Assembly: GCA_017621055.1 (NCBI GenBank)
Contig: JAGATX010000027.1
Location: 27,551-91,550 of the forward strand
Direction of reading: 5' to 3'
DNA length: 64,000 nucleotides
DNA from: Muribaculaceae bacterium
GTDB lineage: Bacteria > Bacteroidota > Bacteroidia > Bacteroidales > Muribaculaceae
Each line of letters begins with the position of its first letter. Position 1 is the first letter of the stretch. Both the position numbers and the translations under genes were made by a program. The notes under the pieces are model-generated. The model saw only the letters and a list, made by a program, of their open reading frames with translations, did not search any database and was not told where the DNA came from. This document shows, piece after piece, positions 40,218 through 50,439 of this stretch.

Positions 40218-40786
40218 TACCAGTCGCCGAGAGTGGCGTTAAAGATTAGTTCCACAAGTTCCTCGGTAATTTCCTCACAGAGGCCGTCCTGCACGTCGGT
40301 GAGCATTTCGGAGCTGGGAAAATCGCGGAAGGCGCTGAAAGTCTGGTCGCGGTCCTTGCCGTCGACCTTGTTGTCGACATATTTGACACGCACAGAAATG
40401 GTCAGACGGGTCATCGAGGCATAGGCGTTCTCCGTCACGGCCTGGGGCGTGAGCTGATAGCCGGTAATCTCGCCGCTGATCTCGAGGTCGGCGCCGGTGT
40501 CGACGGTCTGCAGCCGCGTGTTGCGGTCAATATAGTCGAGCAGAGCGTTTTCGAACATGGGCTGCAACGGCGGGTAAACCAGAGCTGCCCGAATGGGGAA
40601 ATCACTCACTGCCACAGTTTTGTACACCGTATAATCGAGCGCCGACCCGTTGAGGGTCACACTCACCTTGCAGGCCGGTACGGTGGCGGCGAGCACCACG
40701 GCGGTCACCAGCGCCAGCGCGCGTGCCCGGCAACGCCCGGCGGCAATGGATGCCTTACATATATTATATAACTTATTCCAGACCAT
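40217..40786 (-). CDS. lptE: LptE family lipoprotein
   Basis: Lipoprotein Cys, FPIRAALVYPPL, GEITGY, RLTISVRV, IFNATLGDW. Start approximate. Confidence 0.8.
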   Translation of the reverse strand: MVWNKLYNICKASIAAGRCRARALALVTAVVLAATVPACKVSVTLNGSALDYTVYKTVAVSDFPIRAALVYPPLQPMFENALLDYIDRNTRLQTVDTGADLEISGEITGYQLTPQAVTENAYASMTRLTISVRVKYVDNKVDGKDRDQTFSAFRDFPSSEMLTDVQDGLCEEITEELVELIFNATLGDW

Positions 40787-42008
40787 ATTCCTTGATTTTG
40801 CGGTAAAGCGTTCGCTCGGAGATATTGAGTCGGTCAGCGGCGGCTTTGCGATGACCACCCTCCAGTTCGAGGGCACGGCGTATGAGCATGCGCTCGCTGT
40901 CGCGGAGGGTATCGGTGTTCTGCGAGGCTTCGTCGGGAACAGCTGCCGGAGTGGCGGTCTCTGCATCGGGGGCAGGGGCCGATGTCTTGTCGGGAGCCGC
41001 GCCGACACCGCTGGTGCAGTTCTGCGGCAGCAGGTTGGCCATGGGTACATCGATATCGAACTCGCGGGGCCGGGCGGCGGGGCGTGAGCACTGCTGCTCG
41101 AGGTGGTCGATACGGCGCTGCAGGTTGAAAATCATGCCTAACAGCATGTCGCGCTCGCGCTCGTAGGCATGAGCCTCGTAACCGGGTGTCACCATGGGTA
41201 CATAGCTGTCGGCCACGCCCGGCAGATAGCGCCGCAGCGTGTCGGCACCCACGGTCTCGCCGGCCTGGAAGAGGGCGAGCTGGTCCACGACGTTCTTGAG
41301 CTGACGGACATTGCCGGGCCATCGGTATGCGGCCATGGTTGCGCGAGCATCGTCGCCGAATTCAATGGGAGCGGTTCGGTAGCGCTCGGCGAAGTCGGCG
41401 GCGAACTTGCGCGCCAGCAGCCGTATGTCGGCGCCGCGCTCGCGCAGCGGCGGCAATGCTATCAGCACTGTGGAGAGGCGGTAATAGAGATCCTCGCGGA
41501 AGCGGCCCTCGGCAATGGCGCGCTGCAGGTCCACATTCGTGGCGGCCACAATGCGCACGTTGGTTTTCTGCACCGTGCTGGAACCCACTTTGAGAAATTC
41601 GCCGCTCTCGAGCACGCGGAGCAGGCGTGCCTGGGTTGTGAGAGGCAGCTCGGCGACTTCGTCGAGGAAGATAGTGCCGCCGTCGGCCTCCTCGAAGTAG
41701 CCCTTGCGGGTGTCTACGGCGCCCGTGAAGGCACCTTTCTCATGGCCGAAAAGCTCCGAGTCTATGGTACCCTCGGGTATGGCGCCGCAGTTCACGGCAA
41801 TATAACGCGCATGTTTGCGCGGGCTGTAGGCATGGATAATCTTCGGGAAGAATTCCTTGCCCGTACCGCTCTCGCCGACAACGAGCACCGACAGGTCGAT
41901 TGGCGCCACGCGCACGGCGCGCTCCACCGCCGCCGTCAGCGCCGGCGCATTGCCTACTATTCCAAAACGCAGCTTGGCCTGCTGCGCGCTTTCGTTGAGT
42001 GTGTTCAT
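40773..42008 (-). CDS. Sigma-54 interaction domain (NtrC-like AAA+) regulator with Fis HTH
   Basis: GESGTGKE, ELFGHEKGAFTGA, FLDEV, WPGNVRQL, ISERTLYRKI. Start trimmed to MNTLN. Confidence 0.92.
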   Translation of the reverse strand: MNTLNESAQQAKLRFGIVGNAPALTAAVERAVRVAPIDLSVLVVGESGTGKEFFPKIIHAYSPRKHARYIAVNCGAIPEGTIDSELFGHEKGAFTGAVDTRKGYFEEADGGTIFLDEVAELPLTTQARLLRVLESGEFLKVGSSTVQKTNVRIVAATNVDLQRAIAEGRFREDLYYRLSTVLIALPPLRERGADIRLLARKFAADFAERYRTAPIEFGDDARATMAAYRWPGNVRQLKNVVDQLALFQAGETVGADTLRRYLPGVADSYVPMVTPGYEAHAYERERDMLLGMIFNLQRRIDHLEQQCSRPAARPREFDIDVPMANLLPQNCTSGVGAAPDKTSAPAPDAETATPAAVPDEASQNTDTLRDSERMLIRRALELEGGHRKAAADRLNISERTLYRKIKEYGLE

Positions 42009-42153
42009 ATTTCCGACTGCAAAGTTAGCGAAAAACCGCCGAAAAAAGAACCACAACAAAAAAATCGGCGAAAAAGTTTGCACGGTTGAAAAAAAGGTAG
42101 TAAATTTGCACCGCAAAAGCAAGCCGGAGGGCTTGGTCAATGTTGCGAAACCT

Positions 42154-42227
42154 GCTTCAATAGCTCAGTCGGTTAGAGCATCTGACTGTTAATCAGAGGG
42201 TCGTTGGTTCGAGTCCATCTTGAAGCG
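42154..42227 (+). tRNA. tRNA-Asn(GTT)
   Basis: Acceptor stem GCTTCAA/TTGAAGC, anticodon arm TCTGA-CTGTTAA-TCAGA. Promoter TAAATTTG at 42101-42108. Confidence 0.95.
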
Positions 42228-42237
42228 CAGAAAAATG

Positions 42238-42271
42238 AGTCGGCAGGCTTCCGCCCGCCGACTTTTTTTTT
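42238..42271 (+). terminator. Intrinsic terminator after tRNA-Asn
   Basis: AGTCGGCAGGC-TTCC-GCCCGCCGACT followed by a T-run. Confidence 0.85.
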
Positions 42272-42325
42272 GAAACATAAACTAATTTGTGTTAACTTTG
42301 CAAGCGCAAACCCCAACGGTAGACG

Positions 42326-44146
42326 ATGCAGTACACAGTATTCGATTTTCTCGCCCTTTTAGGCTCGGTAGGCCTGTTCCTTTATGGTATGAAGGTCATG
42401 AGCGAGGGCCTTCAGAAAGCCGCCGGCGACCGCCTGCGCAATATCTTGTCGGCAATGACCCGCAACCGCTTTGCCGGTCTGATAACAGGATGTGCCATCA
42501 CGGCATTGATACAAAGCTCGTCGGCATCGACGGTGATGGTAGTGAGCTTTGTCAACGCCGGTCTTATGACTCTGGCGCAGTCCATGGCGGTGATAATGGG
42601 TGCCAACGTGGGCACAACATTCACGGCATGGATAATATCTCTCTTCGGCTTCAAAGTCAACGTGTCGGCAATGATAATGCCGCTCATCGCCGTGGCCGTG
42701 GTACTCCTGTTCACGAACAAGAGCAAACCCAAGAGCATCGGCGAGTTCCTCATAGGCTTCGCCTTCCTGTTCATGGGTCTCGATATGATCAGCCAGTATG
42801 TCCCCGACCTTCAGAGCAACCCCGAGATGTTCGCCTTCCTGCGGGAGTATGCGTCGATGGGAATATGGTCGGTTCTGATATTCTGTCTGGTGGGGCTGGT
42901 GCTCACCGCCATTATACAAAGTTCGGCGGCGACCTTCGCCATAACGCTGATAATGTGCTCCAAAGGATGGATTGACTTCAACCTGGCGTGCGCGCTGGTG
43001 CTCGGCTCGAACATAGGCACCACCATCACGCCGCTGCTGGCGTCGATGAGCGGCAATGTGGCCGCAAAGCGCACCGCTATGGGGCATCTGCTGTTCAACT
43101 TTTTGGGCACCATATGGTGTCTGGCGGTGTTCATGCCTTTTGTGGATTTCAACTCATGGATCACGGAACTTATCGGTCAGGGCGACCCCCGCGAGCTATT
43201 CACCTTTGTCAACGGACTTGAGGTCTCCGACCCCGATCTATATAATCACCTGTTCGACAACAGTCTGCCCGCCGGCCACACCACGCTCGTGAAAATCGGC
43301 GCCATGCAGATGAGCGTGTCGTTCGGCCTGTCCATATTCCACACCACTTTCAACATTGTCAATGTGTTGATAATGATATGGCTCACCAATCTGTATGTCA
43401 AGATCGTGGAGTGGCTTGTGCCCGCCAAGCACCGCGACGACGAGGAATTCACCCTCAAGTTCATCAGCGGCGGTCTGCTCAACGCCTCCGAACTCAACAT
43501 CGCCCAGGCCGAGAAAGAACTGGTGGTATACGCCGAGCGAGTGGGACGCATGCTCACCATGGCCCAGACGCTGGTACACACCAAGGAGAAAACCGAGGAA
43601 TTCAACAAGTTATATTCCCGTCTGGAAAAATACGAGGACATTTCCGACCGCATGGAGCTGGAAATCGCCCACTACCTCAACCGATGCGCCGAAGGTCGCC
43701 TCTCGAACGAAGGCAAACTGCGCATAGCCGCCATGCTCAACATCATCAGTGAGATAGAGAGCATTGCCGACTGCTGCATGGGCGTGGGCAAGATTCTGAT
43801 GCGAAAGATAGAGAGCGGAGTGGACTTCAACGAGGAAATCTACAACAACATCGACGCCATGTACGTCTACGTCCGCGCTGCCATGGAGATGATGACCGCT
43901 CAGCTCGCCGACATAGAGAACGTCAGCGCGAAGAACCTCATGGATTCCTACAACAAAGAGCGCGAAATCAACAACTTCCGCAACCAGCTGCGCGGCGCCA
44001 ACGTAGGCAACATCAACAGCCACCATTACGAGTACCAGGCCGGCATTTACTACATGGACATTGTCGGCGACCTCGAAAAGACCGGCGACTACATCATCAA
44101 TGTAATCGACACTATAAAGGACAATTTCCGCAAGCAGCCGGCATGA
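42326..44146 (+). CDS. Na/Pi cotransporter family protein with PhoU-like C-terminus
   Basis: Two QSS repeats (IQSSSA, IQSSAA) with GANVGTT and GSNIGTT, helical C-terminal domain. Promoter TAACTTTG at 42293-42300. Confidence 0.92.
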   Translation: MQYTVFDFLALLGSVGLFLYGMKVMSEGLQKAAGDRLRNILSAMTRNRFAGLITGCAITALIQSSSASTVMVVSFVNAGLMTLAQSMAVIMGANVGTTFTAWIISLFGFKVNVSAMIMPLIAVAVVLLFTNKSKPKSIGEFLIGFAFLFMGLDMISQYVPDLQSNPEMFAFLREYASMGIWSVLIFCLVGLVLTAIIQSSAATFAITLIMCSKGWIDFNLACALVLGSNIGTTITPLLASMSGNVAAKRTAMGHLLFNFLGTIWCLAVFMPFVDFNSWITELIGQGDPRELFTFVNGLEVSDPDLYNHLFDNSLPAGHTTLVKIGAMQMSVSFGLSIFHTTFNIVNVLIMIWLTNLYVKIVEWLVPAKHRDDEEFTLKFISGGLLNASELNIAQAEKELVVYAERVGRMLTMAQTLVHTKEKTEEFNKLYSRLEKYEDISDRMELEIAHYLNRCAEGRLSNEGKLRIAAMLNIISEIESIADCCMGVGKILMRKIESGVDFNEEIYNNIDAMYVYVRAAMEMMTAQLADIENVSAKNLMDSYNKEREINNFRNQLRGANVGNINSHHYEYQAGIYYMDIVGDLEKTGDYIINVIDTIKDNFRKQPA

Positions 44147-44419
44147 AAACGGCCACGTCTGCGATGATAATTTGTAAGTAGCGCCACAATCAGCGATTTA
44201 CAGGCCTCTGAGGCACTTTGCATCGCCCGTCTTGCCCTTTCTGCGCCATGCCGGGAGGGCGACGGTGTAATAAAAAATGTAAACAAAGATAATACAATTC
44301 GATTACGGCAATAAAAATCTGAAAAAGAAGTTGCAAATTTGCATTGGAATTATTAGAGACATCCCCGCAGCGAAATCGCCGCATAAGGTACCTCATGATT
44401 TCCATGATAATAAACCGCT

Positions 44420-45103
44420 ATGGCAGCCTTAGGCCACATCCTTATTGTAGACGATGACGAGAACATCGTCGAACTGATGACGGTGAACCTCCGTTCCGAG
44501 GGCTTCGTCGTCGACAAGGCGCGTTCCGCCGCCGATGTCGACATCGAGGCCCTGGGCGACATACGTCTTATTGTGGCCGACTCGATGAACGCTTCCATGA
44601 CGGGCCTCGACCTCGTATATGAGCTCAAGGACAACCCTATCACCGAGCACATTGCCGTAATCCTCTACTCCAACATACGCTCGGAGCGCATGGTGATCGA
44701 CGCCCTTGATGCCGGCGCCGACGATTACATTGTCAAACCTTTCTCGCTGCGCGAGATGATAGCCCGAATAAAGAGCATACTGCGGCGCCAGCGCCGCTCG
44801 GCGGTGGCACCTGCCGCATGCCTCAAGTTCGAAGGGCTGACAATGGACGTACAGTCGCAGACCGTAAAAATCGACGGCCTGCCCGTGGCCCTCTCAAAAA
44901 CAGAATACGCCATCCTGTACATGCTCCTGCGCAACATGAACAACTTTGTGAGCCGCGCCGAAATCTACCGGCGCGTATGGCCCGACGAAGAAGGGGGCAA
45001 CGAGCGGATTGTGGACACTAACATCAGCCGCCTGCGCAAAAAGCTCGGTGACCTCGGCGCTCGGATAATAAACCGCTCCGGCCACGGCTACATGATAGGC
45101 TGA
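44420..45103 (+). CDS. OmpR/PhoB-family response regulator
   Basis: ILIVDDD, GADDYIVKPFS receiver; wHTH LSKTEY..RIVDTNISRLRKK..G.GY. Confidence 0.9.
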   Translation: MAALGHILIVDDDENIVELMTVNLRSEGFVVDKARSAADVDIEALGDIRLIVADSMNASMTGLDLVYELKDNPITEHIAVILYSNIRSERMVIDALDAGADDYIVKPFSLREMIARIKSILRRQRRSAVAPAACLKFEGLTMDVQSQTVKIDGLPVALSKTEYAILYMLLRNMNNFVSRAEIYRRVWPDEEGGNERIVDTNISRLRKKLGDLGARIINRSGHGYMIG

Positions 45104-45281
45104 AATAAATTTGCCGAACTTTTTTCTATCACCTTTGTTGTTTTAAGACAAAGATGCCGGCAGCGCATCGGATATGACCTCCCGCGCTTCCCATGGAACA
45201 GGCTATTAGAGCATTCAGCCTAAAAATTGACGACTACGCAGCTGAAATCGAAAAAATTTTGGGCGATTGCACAAATTTTCG

Positions 45282-45289
45282 TAACTTTG
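45282..45289 (+). promoter_or_regulatory. -7 promoter element for rho
   Basis: TAACTTTG about 190 nt upstream of the rho ATG. Confidence 0.65.
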
Positions 45290-45478
45290 CAGTCGGAAAA
45301 CGGGCTGTGGCTGCCCCAAACCATCCCAAAGTCAGATTATATTCAACCCGCCCGCGCCTTCAGGCCGCTGCCCGGCAAGGCACGCCGTTATAATGGCACG
45401 CAGGCACCCCCGAGCAACATAACTATCTAACGGCGGTACCGCTCCCACGACGGAGCCTGTGTCCGCAGTATTGCAGAT

Positions 45479-47422
45479 ATGTACAATATCAACGAACTTT
45501 CACAGATGGGCGAGGCCGAACTCAAGGCCGTCGCCGAAGGCCTTGGCCTCAAAAAAATAGATCCGTCAAAAAAGGAGGAGCTGGTGTTCCGCATCCTCGA
45601 CCAGCAGGCTATCGCCGGCGCTGCCGGCGCCGCCGACAAAGCCCCTCAGAAGCGCGGACGTAAGAAAAAGGAAACACCTGCGGCTAAAAACGCCGAAAAA
45701 TCCGAGGCAAAATCCGATAAGGGCTCGTCAAAAGCCGACACCGCCGCCGTTGCCGCCGGCACCGCCGAACCGGCACCTGCTGCCGAGAAAAAACGTCGCG
45801 GCCGTCCCCGCAAAGCCGACACCGCAGCTGCAAATGCCGAGGCTACCGCAACCCGGGAATCGGCACCGGCAGAAACCGACGCCCCCGAGTCCCAGCCTAT
45901 GGCCAGCGCGCCTCAGAACGAACCCGTCGCAACTGAACAGCCGCAGACTCCGGCGCCGGCCCCCGAGCAGCCTGTTTCAGAAGGCGTCGTCTCCGACAAT
46001 GTTCCTGCCGAGCAACCCGCGCACCGCGACTTCCTGCCCAAACCCGACAGCAGCCTTGCAGAGTTCTTCCCCCGCACCCGCGGCCGCAAATTCGTGCCTC
46101 GCGACCGCCGCGACAACGCCGACGGCGAGCCCCGCCACAGCGAGGGCGACCGTCGCCCCCAGCAGCAGCAACCCCAGCTGCCCCCTGTGCCCGAGACAAT
46201 TATCCTCACCGAACCCGGGCAGCCGCTGCCTCAGCAGCCCGGTCAAGGCAAAAAGAACAAAAAGAACCGCTTCGATCAGCGCCGCGACCACCAGCAATAC
46301 AACTTCGACAATATCCTCAGCGCCACGGGCGTGCTCGAAATCGAACCCCAGGGCTTCGGGTACCTGCGCTCCGCCGACTTCAACTATCTGCCGTCGCCCG
46401 ACGATATTCTGCTCACCCAGCAGCAGATAAAGATGTTCAGTCTCCGTGCCGGCGACGTGGTGGAAGCCCGCATCCGCCCCCCGCGCGACAATGAGAAATA
46501 TTTTGTCCTCACCGACGTGGTGAGCGTCAACGGCCGCTCCCTCGGCTTTATCCGCGACCGCGTGGCCTTCGAGCACCTCACACCCCTCTTCCCCGACGAG
46601 AAATTCGACCTCACCTCCGGCCGTTCGTGCACCATATCCACCCGAGTGGTCGATATGTTCTCGCCCATCGGCAAAGGACAGCGCGGTCTCATCGTGGCAC
46701 CCCCCAAGACCGGCAAAACCCTCCTGCTAAAGGATATCGCCAACGCCATTGCCGAGAACCACCCCGAAACATACATCATGATACTGCTCATCGACGAGCG
46801 CCCCGAAGAGGTGACCGACATGCGCCGCAGCGTAAACGCCGAAGTCATTGCCTCGACCTTCGACGAACCCGCCGACCGCCACGTCAAGATAGCGTCGATA
46901 GTGCTCGAAAAAGCCAAGCGAATGGTGGAATGCGGCCACGACGTAGTGGTGCTCCTCGACTCCATCACCCGTCTCGCACGCGCATACAACACCGTGGCCC
47001 CCGCTTCCGGAAAAATACTCTCCGGCGGCGTCGACGCCAATGCCCTGCAGAAACCCAAGCGCTTTTTCGGTGCCGCCCGCAATATCGAAGGTGGCGGCTC
47101 TCTAACCATCATCGCCACGGCACTCACCGAGACAAGCTCAAAGATGGACGAGGTGATATTCGAAGAATTCAAGGGCACCGGCAACATGGAGCTGCAGCTC
47201 GACCGCAAACTCTCGAACAAGCGTATATTCCCCGCCGTCGATATCATGGCCTCCAGCACACGCCGCGATGACCTGCTGCTCAAAAAAGAAACCCTCGACC
47301 GCATGTGGATACTGCGCCGCTTCCTTTCGGACCGCAACTCGGTGGAAGCCATGGAGTTCATCAAGGACCGGATGGAGCGCACCCTCGACAACGAGGAACT
47401 CCTCCGCACCATGGGCGACTGA
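45479..47422 (+). CDS. rho: Transcription termination factor Rho with long low-complexity insertion
   Basis: [61 protein letters not shown]. Confidence 0.97.
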   Translation: MYNINELSQMGEAELKAVAEGLGLKKIDPSKKEELVFRILDQQAIAGAAGAADKAPQKRGRKKKETPAAKNAEKSEAKSDKGSSKADTAAVAAGTAEPAPAAEKKRRGRPRKADTAAANAEATATRESAPAETDAPESQPMASAPQNEPVATEQPQTPAPAPEQPVSEGVVSDNVPAEQPAHRDFLPKPDSSLAEFFPRTRGRKFVPRDRRDNADGEPRHSEGDRRPQQQQPQLPPVPETIILTEPGQPLPQQPGQGKKNKKNRFDQRRDHQQYNFDNILSATGVLEIEPQGFGYLRSADFNYLPSPDDILLTQQQIKMFSLRAGDVVEARIRPPRDNEKYFVLTDVVSVNGRSLGFIRDRVAFEHLTPLFPDEKFDLTSGRSCTISTRVVDMFSPIGKGQRGLIVAPPKTGKTLLLKDIANAIAENHPETYIMILLIDERPEEVTDMRRSVNAEVIASTFDEPADRHVKIASIVLEKAKRMVECGHDVVVLLDSITRLARAYNTVAPASGKILSGGVDANALQKPKRFFGAARNIEGGGSLTIIATALTETSSKMDEVIFEEFKGTGNMELQLDRKLSNKRIFPAVDIMASSTRRDDLLLKKETLDRMWILRRFLSDRNSVEAMEFIKDRMERTLDNEELLRTMGD

Positions 47423-47437
47423 GTCCCCGCAAATAAC

Positions 47438-47470
47438 AAAAAAGTGCGTGCAGTCTGCACGCACTTTTTT
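47438..47470. terminator. Bidirectional intrinsic terminator
   Basis: AAAAAAGTGCGTGCA-GTC-TGCACGCACTTTTTT. Confidence 0.9.
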
Positions 47471-47479
47471 TATTTGCTG

Positions 47480-48571
47480 TCAATATTCCCGGACGTCGGC
47501 GTCGATACCGCCCGGTGCGGAGGGGTCGAGACGCACGCTGTGGATTTTGCGGCCGGTAACGGTGCGGCTTCCCACAAGGCGGCTGTTGCCGGCGGCGTCG
47601 AAGCTGAAAAGCACCAGCCGATGGTCCATCCCGTTGGTAATCACCACTGCCACATCCTCATATCGCGAGTCGGGGTTGACAATACGGTCGGTATATGTCT
47701 CGCGGTATACATCGAGCGCCGGCACCTCGAGGCGCCAGCGGCCCTCGCCGCCGCCAAGAGTGCGGAAATATTCGATCAATGCCCGGCGCTGATAGCCGTG
47801 AGGCAACGCACGCAGGGCCTGGCCGCGCACCGCCGCTGCAAGAATGGCGCGCGAAGCGCTGTCGAGCAGCATGTACGTCTCGGCATACCCCCTGGCCTCC
47901 ACGCCGTTGCGGCGGTAGAGAACCAGCGAGCGCTCGGGACCCGGCGTTATCATGCCCACCGATTCGCCGAAGGGTACGGTCACCACAGTTGCACCGCTGC
48001 CGTCGGCATTCTCACTCAAGGTAATATCTTCCACGGGATAAAAAGTGGCCGTCACCTCAGCATCGTCGCCGCCAACAAAAAGGGCGATTGCTGTGCCGGC
48101 ACCTATGAGCATAAGCACAGCGAGGGCTATTGACAGAACCACGCGGCTGCTCCAGCCGCCCTCCGTTGGCCGGACGGGGCGGTTGACGGCCCGTCGCTCA
48201 GGCCTCGCTTCGGGGGTGTTGCGCTGCGGCCTGCTTTCAGCCGACGACACTATGCCGCTGTGAGGAAAGAGATTTTGCGGCTCCGGTGCAGGAGGGGGCA
48301 CGGGATTATAATGCACGTTGTCTGCCGGGGCGGCGGAGGCTCCGATAGGCACCGTGGGTACGGCTTCAGTGTCGGCAGCCACGCCACGCGCCGGCGTGGA
48401 CAGATGCTGCGACGGTATCGGCGCCACATCGCTGCCGCGGAACACCCGCGATGACGTGGCGGCGATCTCCTCGTCGCTCAGCGGCGCGGGCGAGCCGCAG
48501 TTGGGACAACGCTCCGAACCCGGGGGCAGTATACTGCCGCATTTATAGCATGTATGCATTGTGGCGCTCAT
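47480..48571 (-). CDS. Zinc-ribbon / TM / SH3-like domain protein
   Basis: CYKCG..CPNCG, Pro-rich linker, single TM, SH3b-like segment. Start trimmed to MSATM. Confidence 0.7.
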   Translation of the reverse strand: MSATMHTCYKCGSILPPGSERCPNCGSPAPLSDEEIAATSSRVFRGSDVAPIPSQHLSTPARGVAADTEAVPTVPIGASAAPADNVHYNPVPPPAPEPQNLFPHSGIVSSAESRPQRNTPEARPERRAVNRPVRPTEGGWSSRVVLSIALAVLMLIGAGTAIALFVGGDDAEVTATFYPVEDITLSENADGSGATVVTVPFGESVGMITPGPERSLVLYRRNGVEARGYAETYMLLDSASRAILAAAVRGQALRALPHGYQRRALIEYFRTLGGGEGRWRLEVPALDVYRETYTDRIVNPDSRYEDVAVVITNGMDHRLVLFSFDAAGNSRLVGSRTVTGRKIHSVRLDPSAPGGIDADVREY

Positions 48572-48771
48572 AGTCAGGCACAAAATTACAGTATTTTTTT
48601 TGATTTGGCGCAGTGTGGCGCCGCTATTACGATATTTTTTTGTAATTTTGAAGCCGCTCCGCCGCAGCGGGCGTTTTGCGGCTGTGCCGCGCGAACTTTT
48701 GCAACCGTCACCTTGTTTTTTTGTTGCGCAACTTCTGCCGTTGCACATCGAAATACCATATTCATCACCAT

Positions 48772-50436
48772 ATGCACCGAAAACTCTACCGTATCCTTGT
48801 GGCCGCCGTAGCCGCCGCCATGTCGCTCACCGCGCTCGCCGAGATACCGACGGGCTATTACAATTCGCTGATAGGCAAAAAAGATGCCGAGCTCAAGCTC
48901 GCCATGCACAACATGCTCCGCAACTTCACCCATGTGTCGTCGTACGGCGCCCTGCCCTCCTATTTCCAGCGCACCGACGTATACCCCAACTCCAACCGGT
49001 GGTGGGACATGTACTCCGACATACCGCTCTACGCGCCGTTGTTCACCGGTCTCAACCGCGAGCATTCATTTCCCAAGAGCTGGTGGGGAGGCTCCACAAG
49101 CGTCGAGGCATATATAGACCTCAACCACCTCTATCCCTCCGAACGCGCCGCCAACACCGCAAAGAGCAATTTTCCGCTCGGCATGGTGGATATGAACCAG
49201 CCCGTGCGCTTCAACAACGGCATATGCAAGGTCGGTTACCCCGTCAACGGCCAGGGTGGGGGCGCCACCTCAGTGTTCGAACCTGACGATGAGTACAAAG
49301 GTGATTTCGCCCGCACTTACTTCTATATGGCCACCACCTACCAGAACCTGACGTGGAAATACACCTATATGGTGAGTCAGAACGCATACCCCACGCTCAA
49401 CGCCTGGTCCATATCCCTGCTGATGGCCTGGCACCGCGCCGACCCCGTGAGCCAGAAGGAGATAGACCGCAACGAGGCTGTCTATGCAATCCAGAACAAC
49501 CGCAATCCATTTATCGACATGCCCGAACTCGCCGAATATCTGTGGGGCGAGAAAGTGGGTGAGGCCTTTACTCCCGGCAGCATTGTCATTCCGCCCGTAG
49601 GCGACCCGCAACTGATAGCCCCCTCCATCGGCATGGAACTGGACTTCGGCAAGGTTGCCCTGGGACGCTCCGTCACCCGGCGCCTTTTTGTGCACGGCGC
49701 CGACCTGACGAACGCCATAGAAGTACAGCTCTACTCCGGCAGCAGCGCCAGCTTCCGCCTCGCCACCGAGAGCATACCCGCCAACCTGGCATGCTCCGAC
49801 AACGGCTACTGGCTCAACATAACCTACACTCCGACCTCGGTAGGAATGCACGGCTCGCGCCTCCTCCTCTCGGGTGACTTCGAGGGGTCACGCGGCGTAG
49901 GGCTGCGCGGCCAGTGTGAACCGGTGCCGGTGCTTACGGCATGCACAGCCACCGAAGCAACCGACATTACCCCCAGCAGCTACACCGCCAACTGGACCAG
50001 CCCCGGCAACGAGACTATCGACTATTATGTGGTGACCCGCACGCGCTACGTAGGCGCCGAGGCATTCACCGAGGAGCTCGTCGCCGAGCAGAACTGGCTG
50101 GAGATTACCGATTTCGATACCTCCGACTCCGAGTCCTACTCGGTTCAGAGCGTCTATCTGGAAGAGCGGTCGCCGATGTCGAACGTAATATTTGTCAGCC
50201 ACTCCGGCGTGACGGGCCTGGAGGAACAGCAACCCCTTGTCGTTCAGTCGTTCGCCGGATTTATCCGCTTCATCTGTTCGTCGCCGCAGACAGCCTGCCG
50301 AGTTTTCGATATCTCGGGACGCACCATAGCCACCCTCGACGTCATCGAGCAGAACACCGACCTGGAACTCACGCCCGGCACATACCTCATAGTCACCGCC
50401 GAGCACCCCTCGCCCATCAAGGTGTTAGTCTATTGA
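48772..50436 (+). CDS. Secreted endonuclease I family nuclease with T9SS-type C-terminal domain
   Basis: Signal peptide, NREHSFPKSW, DLNHLYPS, EYKGDFARTYFYM, RNEAVYAIQNNRNPFID, Ig/FN3-like domains, tail VFDISGR..GTYLIV..IKVLVY. Confidence 0.88.
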   Translation: MHRKLYRILVAAVAAAMSLTALAEIPTGYYNSLIGKKDAELKLAMHNMLRNFTHVSSYGALPSYFQRTDVYPNSNRWWDMYSDIPLYAPLFTGLNREHSFPKSWWGGSTSVEAYIDLNHLYPSERAANTAKSNFPLGMVDMNQPVRFNNGICKVGYPVNGQGGGATSVFEPDDEYKGDFARTYFYMATTYQNLTWKYTYMVSQNAYPTLNAWSISLLMAWHRADPVSQKEIDRNEAVYAIQNNRNPFIDMPELAEYLWGEKVGEAFTPGSIVIPPVGDPQLIAPSIGMELDFGKVALGRSVTRRLFVHGADLTNAIEVQLYSGSSASFRLATESIPANLACSDNGYWLNITYTPTSVGMHGSRLLLSGDFEGSRGVGLRGQCEPVPVLTACTATEATDITPSSYTANWTSPGNETIDYYVVTRTRYVGAEAFTEELVAEQNWLEITDFDTSDSESYSVQSVYLEERSPMSNVIFVSHSGVTGLEEQQPLVVQSFAGFIRFICSSPQTACRVFDISGRTIATLDVIEQNTDLELTPGTYLIVTAEHPSPIKVLVY

Positions 50437-50439
50437 TTG

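Noticed and set aside
40773-42008. Sigma-54 activator with no sensory domain
   Set aside because: From memory this is the usual conserved Bacteroidetes arrangement with lptE and secG; not unusual.
42154-42227. T-T mismatch in the T-stem of tRNA-Asn (GTTGG/CCATC)
   Set aside because: A single mismatch with all other arms, promoter and terminator intact; not enough to call a pseudo-tRNA.
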